48,311 nt of DNA from Hyphomicrobiaceae bacterium (GTDB taxonomy: Bacteria; Pseudomonadota; Alphaproteobacteria; Rhizobiales; Hyphomicrobiaceae), in the NCBI GenBank assembly GCA_036555805.1, contig DATBKR010000686.1, forward strand, positions 1 through 48,311. Reading direction: 5' to 3'. Both the position numbers and the translations under genes were made by a program. Below are positions 37,359 to 45,682 of this stretch, one piece after another; within the stretch, counting starts at the first letter, position 1; every line of letters starts with the position of its first letter. The notes under the pieces are model-generated. The model saw only the letters and a list, made by a program, of their open reading frames with translations, ran no database searches and was not told the origin of the DNA.

Positions 37359-38185
37359 TGGCGCAGCACTCCCCAGCGGGCCACCGTGAGGTTCTCGATC
37401 GGTTGCACGATCAGCCGGTCCACCACGACGTAGAGGCAGCCGATCACGATCATCCCGGTGATGATGCGGTCGATCTGGCCGAACGTGCGCGCGCCGAAAA
37501 TGAGATCGCCGAGGCCGCCCCTGCGAACCAGCATCTCGGCGGCGATCAGCGCGCGCCAGCCATAGCCCATGCCGAGCCTGAGACCCACGACGATGCTCGG
37601 CAGCGCGCCCGGCAGGTACACGTCTTTTACGAGCCGCAGCCGCGAGGCGCCGAGCGAACGCAGCGCCAGCCCGTACTGCTCGGGGATCGCCCGCACGCCG
37701 ATCATGGTGTTGAAGATGATGGGCACGATCAACGTGTAGATGACGATCACCAGTGTGGTGGTGTGGGTGAACCCGAACCAGATGATGGCGAGCGGCAGCC
37801 AGGCGATGCCGGAGATGCCCTGCAGGAACCGCAGGAAGCCCTCCAGGGCGTGCGCGGCATAGCGGTTGACGCCCACCGCGAACCCCACCGGCACGCCCAC
37901 GGCGAGCGACAGAAGAGCCGCGAAGCCGATCATGCGCAGGCTGGTGCTGGCGTACTCGGCCATCACACCGTGGGTGACGAGGTGCAGGAACGCGGTCCAG
38001 ACGGCCAGCGGAGAGACCAGCACCTGCGGGGAGAAATCGCCGCTGGCATGGATGGCCCACCACACCGCGACCAGCGCCGCGAACGGCAGCAGGATGCGGA
38101 ACGCCCTGAGCGGTCGGAGCACGCCCGCCGGGCGGGCCGCGGGCCGGGAGAGGCCACCGCGAGGCTCGGCCGCCGTCGCGCTCAT
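37355..38185 (-). CDS. ABC transporter permease (NitT/TauT, second paralogous subunit)
   Basis: The track ORF 37355..38722 is trimmed to the Met of MSATAAEPRGG (cat at 38183-38185). Contains SLGASRLRLVKDVYLPGALPSIVVGLRLGMGYGWRALIAAE. It has ATGA overlaps with both neighbours. Confidence 0.85.
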   Translation of the reverse strand: MSATAAEPRGGLSRPAARPAGVLRPLRAFRILLPFAALVAVWWAIHASGDFSPQVLVSPLAVWTAFLHLVTHGVMAEYASTSLRMIGFAALLSLAVGVPVGFAVGVNRYAAHALEGFLRFLQGISGIAWLPLAIIWFGFTHTTTLVIVIYTLIVPIIFNTMIGVRAIPEQYGLALRSLGASRLRLVKDVYLPGALPSIVVGLRLGMGYGWRALIAAEMLVRRGGLGDLIFGARTFGQIDRIITGMIVIGCLYVVVDRLIVQPIENLTVARWGVLRQ

Positions 38186-39015
38186 GCCGTCGCCCCTGCC
38201 GATGCGGCCGCCGGTGCCGCGGCACCCCGCTCCTCGCGCACCAGGCGCAGCACGTGCTCGACGATGGCCTGCATCGCGCCGTCGACCTTGAAGGATTCCC
38301 AGTCGCGGCCCTCGGCCCGGCCCGGCACATCGATGGCTGCCTTGATGCGGCCCGGCCGGCGGGTCATCACCAGCACCCGGTCGGCGAGGAACACCGCCTC
38401 GTCGACGCTGTGCGTAATGAAGAACACCGTCTTGCCCGTGGCACCGCACAGCCGCACCAGCTCCTCCTGCAGGGTGAGCCGCGTCATCGCGTCGACCGCC
38501 GCGAACGGCTCGTCCATCAGGATCACATCGGGATCGGCGGCCCAAGTGCGGGCCACGGCCACGCGCTGGCGCATGCCGCCCGACAGCTCGTGCGGGTAGC
38601 GCTCCTCGAAGCCCGCGAGCCCGGTGAGCTGGATCAGGCGCGCGACCGCGACCTCGCGCTCGGCCCGCGGCACGCGCGCGATCTCCAGCCCGTGGCCGAT
38701 GTTGCGCCGCACGGTGCGCCACGGCAGGATGGCCAGCTCCTGGAACACCACGCCGCGGTCTCGCCCCGGCCCCAGCACCGGTGCGCCGTCGAACAGGATC
38801 GCGCCTTCGGTCGGCCTGATGAAGCCGGCGAGCGCCTTGAGCAGCGTGGTCTTGCCGCAGCCCGAGGGGCCCACCAGCGTGACGAACTCGCCGGCGCGGA
38901 TCGACAGATCGATCCGGTCGGTTGCCTGCACAGGCCCGTCGGCGGTCTCGAAGAAGTGGCGGAAACCGGAGACGACGATCTTGTCCTGGGAGGACTTCGC
39001 CATGTCATCCGGCAT
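38182..39015 (-). CDS. ABC transporter ATP-binding protein (NitT/TauT family)
   Basis: Walker A GPSGCGKTT, signature LSGGMRQRVAVAR, Walker B ILMDEPFAAVD. The start is either ATG 39015 (MPDDMAKSS) or ATG 39003. Confidence 0.9.
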   Translation of the reverse strand: MPDDMAKSSQDKIVVSGFRHFFETADGPVQATDRIDLSIRAGEFVTLVGPSGCGKTTLLKALAGFIRPTEGAILFDGAPVLGPGRDRGVVFQELAILPWRTVRRNIGHGLEIARVPRAEREVAVARLIQLTGLAGFEERYPHELSGGMRQRVAVARTWAADPDVILMDEPFAAVDAMTRLTLQEELVRLCGATGKTVFFITHSVDEAVFLADRVLVMTRRPGRIKAAIDVPGRAEGRDWESFKVDGAMQAIVEHVLRLVREERGAAAPAAASAGATA

Positions 39016-39075
39016 CGTGTGCGAGCCGCTGCGGCACATGAGGCGCCGGGACGGCGCTTGCTGCGCGTGAGCTCC

Positions 39076-39303
39076 CTCTCCCCGTCGTCCTCGGCCTACG
39101 TGCAATGGTCCGTTCGCCACAATGGGCCGAGGGCGACGGGGAGACGGTTGGGGTTAGGGGCAGCCAAGGGCGCTGCCCTGTCAGCGCGGGGCGTCGATGA
39201 AAGGTCGGGAGCATGTCGAGCATGATCGGAAGACTTTCCGTGGATGGGGTTTCCCTTGAGGCTGCCCCTCACCCCTAGCCCTGTCCCCGCAAGCGGGGAG
39301 AGG
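39076..39303. repeat. Mosaic of REP-like inverted repeats in the SBP-ATPase spacer
   Basis: ctctccccgtcgtcctcggcc (39076-39096) pairs with ggccgagggcgacggggagac (39125-39145), matching 19 of 21 positions. ggggttaggggcagcc (39150-39165) pairs with ggctgcccctcacccc (39260-39275). There is also a TCCCCGC-aa-GCGGGGA hairpin at 39284-39299. Confidence 0.7.
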
Positions 39304-39312
39304 GGACCGGTC

Positions 39313-40407
39313 TCAGCTCAGGTTACCCTTGCACTCGGCCAGCGACTTCGGCAGCGGCGGCAGGTCTGAGAAGAACTGCGGGTTCTTTTCCATCACTCGC
39401 TTGAGCACGGTGTCGTCGTAGAAGTCGTCCGCAGTGAAAGGCCGGCTCATCTTGATGAGGCCGTCCTTGACCATGCCGTTGCCGGTCTGGACCAAGCCCT
39501 CGGATGTGCACACCGAGATGCGCGGGTCCCAGCTGAGCCACTTCAAGGCCTCGATGGCGTCGGCCACGTTGAGGCCGTCGAGGTAGCGCGTGTCGATCTC
39601 GGCCGCGCCTTTGGGGTTCTCGCGGATGAATTTCGCCGCCTGCGCAATGCCGACCGAGAACTTCTCCAGGAGGTCGTAGTTCTTGCCGATCCAGTTCTCG
39701 TGCGCCACCACGCCGATGATGTCGGTGACGAGGCTCGCCTCGCCGCGGCTGACGACCACGGCGTTGGGGCCGAGCTCGCGCACCACCTGGGCGGTGTAGG
39801 GCTCCCACGGCGCCACCGCGTCCACCTGGCCCTGCACCAGCGTGATCGGCATGTTCTCGACCGGCACGTTGACCAGCTCCGACTTGGTGATGTCGAGCTT
39901 CTCGCGCTTGAACCACGCGCGCAGGTAGACGTCGTTGGTGCTGCCCTTGAGGTAGCCGATCTTCTTGCCTTCCATCGTCTTGGGATTGGCGGCATCGATG
40001 CCGCGGTCCTTGCGGGCGATGATGGCGCGGCCGCCGGCCTTGGCGATGAAATCGGCGGCGTTGTAGTAGGGCATCACGCCCTTCAGCATGTTGCCGCCCG
40101 CCCGCGCCGACGCCGTGGTCGTGGACAGCGCCGCGTGGCCGAGCTGCGCCTCGCCCGCCTGCAGGCTCTGCGTCACCTGCCGGCCGCTGGAGGTGAGCTT
40201 GATCTTCACGTTGAGGCCCTGCTTGGTCCAGTAGCCGTTCTCGACCGCGACGAAGGCCGGCGTCGAGAACAGGTTGTTGACCACGATGAAAGCGACCTCC
40301 TTCATCTCCTGGGCGCGGGCGTCCGTCGCCTGACCGAAGGGGCCGAGAACGAGGCCCGCGGCGCAGACGGCCGCGAGGCGCGGCGGCACTGCACGGATCC
40401 GACGCAT
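39313..40407 (-). CDS. ABC transporter substrate-binding protein (NMT1/THI5-like, SsuA/TauA family)
   Basis: 364 aa. GGGAGGAGGAAT lies upstream. Signal peptide ...GLVLGPFGQATDARA-Q. Contains AFVAVENGYWTKQGLNVKI and VDAVAPWEPY. Confidence 0.85.
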   Translation of the reverse strand: MRRIRAVPPRLAAVCAAGLVLGPFGQATDARAQEMKEVAFIVVNNLFSTPAFVAVENGYWTKQGLNVKIKLTSSGRQVTQSLQAGEAQLGHAALSTTTASARAGGNMLKGVMPYYNAADFIAKAGGRAIIARKDRGIDAANPKTMEGKKIGYLKGSTNDVYLRAWFKREKLDITKSELVNVPVENMPITLVQGQVDAVAPWEPYTAQVVRELGPNAVVVSRGEASLVTDIIGVVAHENWIGKNYDLLEKFSVGIAQAAKFIRENPKGAAEIDTRYLDGLNVADAIEALKWLSWDPRISVCTSEGLVQTGNGMVKDGLIKMSRPFTADDFYDDTVLKRVMEKNPQFFSDLPPLPKSLAECKGNLS

Positions 40408-40501
40408 GGTATTCCTCCTCCCACGACTTTTTGGTTATGTTCAGCAATGCTCCGTTCATTGGGCAGTGCCGCCCTCAGTAGAAGCGCGCGCTCCGGGCCG
40501 G

Positions 40502-40771
40502 TCAAGCGCGGTTTCGGAGTTTCCGCTGCCGGAGCCCGACAAAAATCCAAGGCACCGCCGCAATGGCGATGGCGCCCACCAGCAGGGCGGCCAGGCAAGG
40601 CCATCCGCGCCATCGCCGCGTCGGGAACCACGCTGCCGATGGCGCCGGCGGTGAAGAAGCCGACGTTAATGCCGATGAAGCGGGCAACGGCAACAGCAGC
40701 GGCGCAACGACGATGCAATCGAAGCCGTGGCCCAAACTTCCCCGGGGCGTTCCGGCTTGTGTCGCAGCCAT
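40502..40771 (-). pseudogene. Possible small (about 3-TM) membrane-protein gene whose coding signal switches frame twice
   Basis: There is an open 89-codon frame, but in the middle (about 40600-40700) the third-position G/C pattern and a helix-like peptide (ARFIGINVGFFTAGAIGSVVPDAAMARMA) sit in the other minus frame. The flanks (..GFDCIVVAPLLL.. and ..LAALLVGAIAIAAVPWIFVGLRQRKL) fit the open frame. Confidence 0.25.
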
Positions 40772-40846
40772 GGACGTGGCTCAGTGTTCCAGCGTTTGAT
40801 GACGTGGGTGCCAAATGAGGGCAGCGCTTGGCAGATGGCTGGTCGC

Positions 40847-41749
40847 ATGACCGCCTCAAAGCAGATCGGAATGGTTGGCCTGGGCCTCATGGGGACCGCG
40901 TTGGCCGGGCGGCTGGCGCATGCCGGCTATGGCGTCGTCGGCTTCGACATCGATGCCGGGAAGCAGCACGCGTGGCAGCAGCTGGACGGCGCCACGGGCG
41001 TCGCGTCCATCTCCGATGTGGTCCGCCGCTGCGATGTGCTGTTCCTGGCTGTGTTCGACACCGACCAGGTTGAGGCCGTCGTGGAAGGCGAGCTTCTGGC
41101 CGCCGCCGGCGCCGGCTCCGGCAAGATCGTCCTCTGCGCCAGCACCTGCGACCCTGAACGCATCGCCAAGCTCGCCGAGCGCGTGGCACCGGAGGGGCTC
41201 ACTCTTCTCGATACCCCGATCTCCGGCACCAGTGCGCAGGTGCGGCAAGGCCACGGCGTTGCTTTCGTCGGCGGCGATGCGGCTCGGCTCGCAGAGGTTG
41301 TCCCTATCCTCGACGCGATCGTCCCTACCCATTTCCATATGGGGCCGGCGGGCAGCGCCGGTCGCGCCAAGCTGGCCATCAATCTGATCCTCGGCCTCAA
41401 CCGGCTTGCCCTGGCCGAGGGCCTCGTCTTCGCCGAGCGCCTTGGCCTGGAGCCCGCGCGCTTTCTCGACGTTGCGCGCCGGGCGGCGTGCTATTCGCAG
41501 GTCATGGACACCAAGGGTCCCAAAATGGTGCGCGGCGACTTCTCGCCCGAGGGCCGCGTGCGCCAGACACTGAAGGACGTGGAGCTGATGCTGGCCCAGG
41601 CGCGCAGCCTCAGCCAGGACCTGCCGCTGGCGCGGCTCAACGCCGAGATCCTGCAGGCCTGCGTGCGCAACGGCGAAGGCGACCGGGACAACAGCGCGGT
41701 AATCAACGAGATCCGGCGCCGCGTCGGGCCTGCTTCTTCTCCACCGTGA
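40847..41749 (+). CDS. NAD(P)-dependent beta-hydroxyacid dehydrogenase (3-hydroxyisobutyrate dehydrogenase/GarR family)
   Basis: The track ORF 40727..41749 is trimmed to the ATG at 40847 (MTASKQIGMVGLGLMGTALAGRL). Contains LLDTPISGTSAQVRQG and GSAGRAKLAINLILG. About 300 aa. Confidence 0.85.
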   Translation: MTASKQIGMVGLGLMGTALAGRLAHAGYGVVGFDIDAGKQHAWQQLDGATGVASISDVVRRCDVLFLAVFDTDQVEAVVEGELLAAAGAGSGKIVLCASTCDPERIAKLAERVAPEGLTLLDTPISGTSAQVRQGHGVAFVGGDAARLAEVVPILDAIVPTHFHMGPAGSAGRAKLAINLILGLNRLALAEGLVFAERLGLEPARFLDVARRAACYSQVMDTKGPKMVRGDFSPEGRVRQTLKDVELMLAQARSLSQDLPLARLNAEILQACVRNGEGDRDNSAVINEIRRRVGPASSPP

Positions 41750-41774
41750 CCCGGCGGGAGCGCGCGGCGCGGCC

Positions 41775-41915
41775 GTGATCGGGCTCGGGCGGATGGGGCG
41801 CGGCATCGCCCGCAACCTCGACCGCACCGGGCGCCTCGCGGCGGCCTGGGATGCGAGCCCGGAGGCGCTGCGCCGCGCCGGCCTCTCGCCCAAGGTTGCG
41901 CCGGCCGAGCCCGGG
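41775..41915 (+). pseudogene. Truncated N-terminal fragment of a second beta-hydroxyacid dehydrogenase gene
   Basis: VIGLGRMGRGIARNLDRTGRLAAAWDASPEALRRAGL... is a Rossmann GxGxxG start parallel to the intact neighbour (VGLGLMGTALAGRLAHAGYGVVGFD). Recognisable similarity stops after about 45 codons and the frame ends at 42011. Confidence 0.45.
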
Positions 41916-42138
41916 AGCTTCGATTGCAGTGATCGCCCGTCCGCCCCCGCCGCATGCAGTCCCGCAGTTCGTGCCCTGCGCCTCCAGCAGTTCGCGAGGG
42001 CATGTTCATGATGGAAACAGTCCGTGGAACAAAGCTTGGACTCTGTCGTTACCTCCCATTGCATCGGGGGCGAGCAGCGGATTTCCTACGGAAATTCAGG
42101 GACGCAGGGCCAATTCGTGCCATTGAGGGAGTGCGACC

Positions 42139-44115
42139 GTGAGGACGCCGTCAGCGGGCACAGACGCAGTACACAATTCGACATGCGCCGTCGAACAAGA
42201 GAGCCTTGACGAGCAGATCATCAATGGCAAGGAAGCCGTCGCCAATGCGTTAGCTGAGGCCGGCGCTCTTTCGCTGGACGTTTTGCAAGCCCTTCCTGTG
42301 GCCGTTTACGTTACGGACGCCTTGGGCCGGATCACCTTCTTCAACGAAGCGGCTGCCACGCTCTGGGGTTGTCGCCCCGAACTAGGCAAAAGCGAGTTTT
42401 GCGGGTCCTGGAAGCTGTATTGGCCCGATGGCACACCTCTCCCGCATGACGAGTGCCCCATGGCCCTGGCACTCAGGCAACGACGCCCCATCCGCGGCAT
42501 CGAAGCGGTCGCCGAGCGACCCGATGGGAGCCGCGTTCCTTTCATCCCGTATCCGACTCCGCTGGTCGACGCGTCCGGTGAGCTGACCGGGGCGATCAAC
42601 TTGCTGGCGGATATTTCGCATAGCAAGAGCACAGATGCGTCCCTGGCGAGACGCCGGGACGAACAAAACGCATTGTATCAATTCACCGACAGACTCTTCC
42701 GAGCAGCGTCGTTGGCTGACGTCCACAGCGCAGGTTTGGCCGCTATCGCCGACGCGCTGCGCTGCGAACGCGCTTCGATACTGCTCTTCGATAGCTCCGG
42801 TGTGATGCGGTTCGTCGCGTGGCGCGGTTTGTCCGATGCCTACCGACGGGCTGTTGAAGGACACTCGCCCTGGACGCGCCAGGTAAAGGACCCGCAGCCC
42901 CTCTGTATACCCGATGTCGAAGGGGCGGAATTCTCCGACCAGCTCAAGGCAGCCGTCAAAGCCGAGGGTATCGGCGGACTTGCTTTCATTCCACTCGTTG
43001 CGAGCGGCGAACTCATTGGCAAGTTCATGACCTACTACGACGCCCCCCACGTTTTCAGTAACGACGAGGTCGCACTTGCTGTCACCATTGCGCGGCAGCT
43101 CGGGTTCGGTATTGAGCGTGTGCGTGCCGATCAGGCGGGGCGGCTGCTGGCCTCGATAGTGGAGACGTCAGACGATGGGATCGCGAGCAAGGATCTCGAC
43201 GGTATCGTAACCAGCTGGAATCGCGGCGCTGAGCGGATCTTCGGCTACGGGGCCGCTGAAATGATCGGCCGGTCGCTCCTAACCGTGATTCCACGGGATC
43301 GCCACGGTGAAGAAGTGGAAATTCTGGACAAGCTCAGACATGGCGAGCGCATCGACCACTTTGAGACCGTCCGCCAGCGCAAGGATGGAAGCCTGATCGA
43401 CGTCTCGATTACGGTGTCACCCGTACGGGATGCAACAGGGAAAATTGTCGGTGCGTCCAAGATCGTCCGTGACATCAGTGAGAGAAAGCAGGCTCAGGCA
43501 CGGCACGAGTTGCTGACGCGGGAAATTCAACATCGGACCAAGAACCTGTTTGCAGTCGTGCTCGCCGTTGTTTCCAGAAGCTTCGCCGGCAAGCAGAGCG
43601 TCGCAGACGCGGAGGCTGCCGTCGTGGGCCGTCTCCGTTCACTCGGTCAGACCCACGTCATCTTGATGGACAAGAAGTGGCAGGGCGCCGATCTCGATGA
43701 AATTGTACGGTCTGAGATGAGTCCCTACACCGGCCGCGTGCAAGTGGAGGGACCGAGCTTGATGCTCAATGAGAAGGCGACACAAAACTTTGCGCTCGCC
43801 GTACATGAACTTGCAACGAACGCCGCCAAGTATGGCGCACTGTCGAATACAACCGGTCAGGTCCACGTTAGGTGGTGGGAGAGCTCGGACTGCTTGACGT
43901 TTCGCTGGCAAGAGCGAGGCGGTCCTTCCGTGGCGTCTCCGGCGCACAAAGGGTTCGGAAGCGTGGTGCTCGAACACCTGATGGCCGAGCATTTCGAAAC
44001 GCTTCCCGAGATGGATTTTGCATCGAGCGGCTTAACCTATTCGCTCACGACTTCGCTCGGCTCGATTGCGGCGAGCGACCGACGAACTTCCCACCAGGGA
44101 GGATGCAGTGAGTAA
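42139..44115 (+). CDS. PAS-GAF-PAS sensor histidine kinase of the HWE/HisKA_2 class
   Basis: 658 aa. GTG start with GAGGGAG 7 nt upstream. PAS segments are VYVTDALGRITFFNEAAATLWG and IVTSWNRGAERIFGY. The H-box is LTREIQHRTKNLFAVV. The HWE-type ATPase region is VRWWESSDCLTFRWQERGGP...GFGSVV. Confidence 0.85.
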   Translation: MRTPSAGTDAVHNSTCAVEQESLDEQIINGKEAVANALAEAGALSLDVLQALPVAVYVTDALGRITFFNEAAATLWGCRPELGKSEFCGSWKLYWPDGTPLPHDECPMALALRQRRPIRGIEAVAERPDGSRVPFIPYPTPLVDASGELTGAINLLADISHSKSTDASLARRRDEQNALYQFTDRLFRAASLADVHSAGLAAIADALRCERASILLFDSSGVMRFVAWRGLSDAYRRAVEGHSPWTRQVKDPQPLCIPDVEGAEFSDQLKAAVKAEGIGGLAFIPLVASGELIGKFMTYYDAPHVFSNDEVALAVTIARQLGFGIERVRADQAGRLLASIVETSDDGIASKDLDGIVTSWNRGAERIFGYGAAEMIGRSLLTVIPRDRHGEEVEILDKLRHGERIDHFETVRQRKDGSLIDVSITVSPVRDATGKIVGASKIVRDISERKQAQARHELLTREIQHRTKNLFAVVLAVVSRSFAGKQSVADAEAAVVGRLRSLGQTHVILMDKKWQGADLDEIVRSEMSPYTGRVQVEGPSLMLNEKATQNFALAVHELATNAAKYGALSNTTGQVHVRWWESSDCLTFRWQERGGPSVASPAHKGFGSVVLEHLMAEHFETLPEMDFASSGLTYSLTTSLGSIAASDRRTSHQGGCSE

Positions 44116-44470
44116 CGGAGTCCTGGCCGGCCGTTCGATCCTGATCGTCGAGGACGAGCCTTTGATTGCATTGGAGGTGCATGCGGCATTCCGCGCCGCG
44201 GGCGCAAACATCGCGTCGGCAGCCGATGCTCAGGAAGCTCTGAGGATGATCAATGTGCCGGGCCTATCCGCCGCGTTGGTCGACATCAATCTTGGGAGTG
44301 GCGACTGTTCAGCCGTTTGCGAGCGGCTCGCTCGCCAGGGGATCCCCTTTGTCTTCTACACCGGGGAGGCGCGGCCCGATATCCTGCTCAAGTGGCCCAG
44401 CGCGCCGGTCCTGACCAAGCTCGCAGACAAGCAGCGCGTTGTCGAGGTCGTGGCAGGCGTCATCCGCTGA
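44108..44470 (+). CDS. Single-domain (CheY-like) response regulator
   Basis: The start is placed at GTG 44108 (GGGAGGA 5 nt upstream), overlapping the kinase stop by 8 nt. Contains SILIVEDEPLIA and the phospho-acceptor context ALVDINL, with no output domain. The track alternative is ATG 44066. Confidence 0.8.
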   Translation: MSNGVLAGRSILIVEDEPLIALEVHAAFRAAGANIASAADAQEALRMINVPGLSAALVDINLGSGDCSAVCERLARQGIPFVFYTGEARPDILLKWPSAPVLTKLADKQRVVEVVAGVIR

Positions 44471-44659
44471 GGCGTTCCACAGACGCGATGTCTCAGATGG
44501 TGCAGGTATCTCGGACGCCGTGCCGGCGAGGGTGCCGCGCACTCCGTCAAGGCGGCGTCCGAGACGCGCCCAGGCACGAAATCGCGATTGGGGAGGCTCA
44601 ACGGTGAGGCCGGCTCCCTGGGGATTTGGGCAGGACCATATCCTCAAGGAGACACTTCC

Positions 44660-44725
44660 ATGCGCCACACTTCCCCTCTTGGACATGGACACCATCACGG
44701 TCATGGCGGTCATCATCATCGCTGA
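44660..44725 (+). CDS. Unannotated 21-codon His-rich micro-ORF (MRHTSPLGHGHHHGHGGHHHR)
   Basis: My own reading: AAGGAG at 44646-44651, an 8-nt spacer, ATG at 44660 and TGA at 44723-44725. Nine of the 21 residues are His and five are Gly. Confidence 0.35.
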   Translation: MRHTSPLGHGHHHGHGGHHHR

Positions 44726-44762
44726 CGACCCGGCTTGAGGGCCGCGCCGGCAGCGGCGTCGG

Positions 44763-45017
44763 CTACTTGCTGATTTCGAGCTGCCTACAGAACTTTCCGA
44801 ATTCTTCCTTGGTCCACCTCAGGCCAGCGCGCCATCCTGCCTTGCATTCATCTTTCGTCGGATTGATGACCAAGCTCTCTCCGCCCTTGGGAACGGGCAG
44901 CGTCTTCGGCGGCGCGGTGGGGCCAGGCGACGGCGATGTCTGAGCGAGGATCGCCCCAGCGATGCCGACGCAAACGGCGATGACCGCGGCCAATCTCGCT
45001 GCGATATTAGTAACCAT
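44763..45017 (-). CDS. Small secreted protein (hypothetical, two Cys)
   Basis: 84 aa. Signal-like segment AARLAAVIAVCVGIAGAILA-Q, then a Pro-rich spacer, then INPTKDECKAGWRAGLRWTKEEFGKFCRQLEISK. Confidence 0.5.
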   Translation of the reverse strand: MVTNIAARLAAVIAVCVGIAGAILAQTSPSPGPTAPPKTLPVPKGGESLVINPTKDECKAGWRAGLRWTKEEFGKFCRQLEISK

Positions 45018-45682
45018 ACGGCATAAACGCGCCTTCCTGCGGCCCGGTTCCGAAGGTCCAGCCGATTGTGGATCAGTGCATGGCCCACATCATTGGCATG
45101 GTCGGCTTCCGGTCCAATACGTGCGGCAAGTGCAAAAAAGCCACCCCCGGTCAGCTACCGCAGCGAGTCGGAGGACGCATGGAAGACCGTAGTGCTCAAC
45201 GGGTGGCGCCGGCTGTGCCGGATTCGACTGAGCCGGCGGTACGCCGGAGAGACACCGCGGCGCGTCCGTCGCAGCGGAGCGGGCTCTCGCCTCGGCCCTG
45301 GCGCGGCTGCGAATTTACTGGCCAGCGCATCTGCGCGCGATGCGCACCTTCGCATCGCATACTCACGTCTGATGTCGATCTGACGTATTTTGTCAGCAAC
45401 ATATCAGATTCAAGCTGACTGTTGCCTGATAGATACAGCGCAGGGTGATGATTGCTGATACAAAGGACGCAGCTGAGACGATTGATACTGTCGCTGAATT
45501 GGGGTGCGGGGCGGGTCGCATTACATATTGGTATCTGCCTCTTCGGTTCGTCAGGGCTTGTTGCGTTCGGCGCTGCGGACAGATGCCTGGACCGAGGAGC
45601 CGGTATTTTACGGGCTCCTCGGGAGGCAGCGAGGGTCGACTGCCGTCATTGACGTTCCTTTGGGTATTGAGGTTGAGAACGT

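Noticed and set aside
44660-44725. Interpretation of the His-rich micro-ORF as a classical his-operon attenuator leader.
   Set aside because: No histidine-biosynthesis gene follows; the next feature is a convergent gene. The His codons are interspersed with Gly rather than forming a consecutive run. I see no alternative terminator/antiterminator hairpins with a U-tract. It is kept as a finding only as a generic micro-ORF.
45592-45622. The 10-bp stem-loop as an intrinsic terminator.
   Set aside because: No T/U run follows on either strand, and it is not positioned at the 3' end of any gene. It is left as an unexplained structure within the AT-rich gap.
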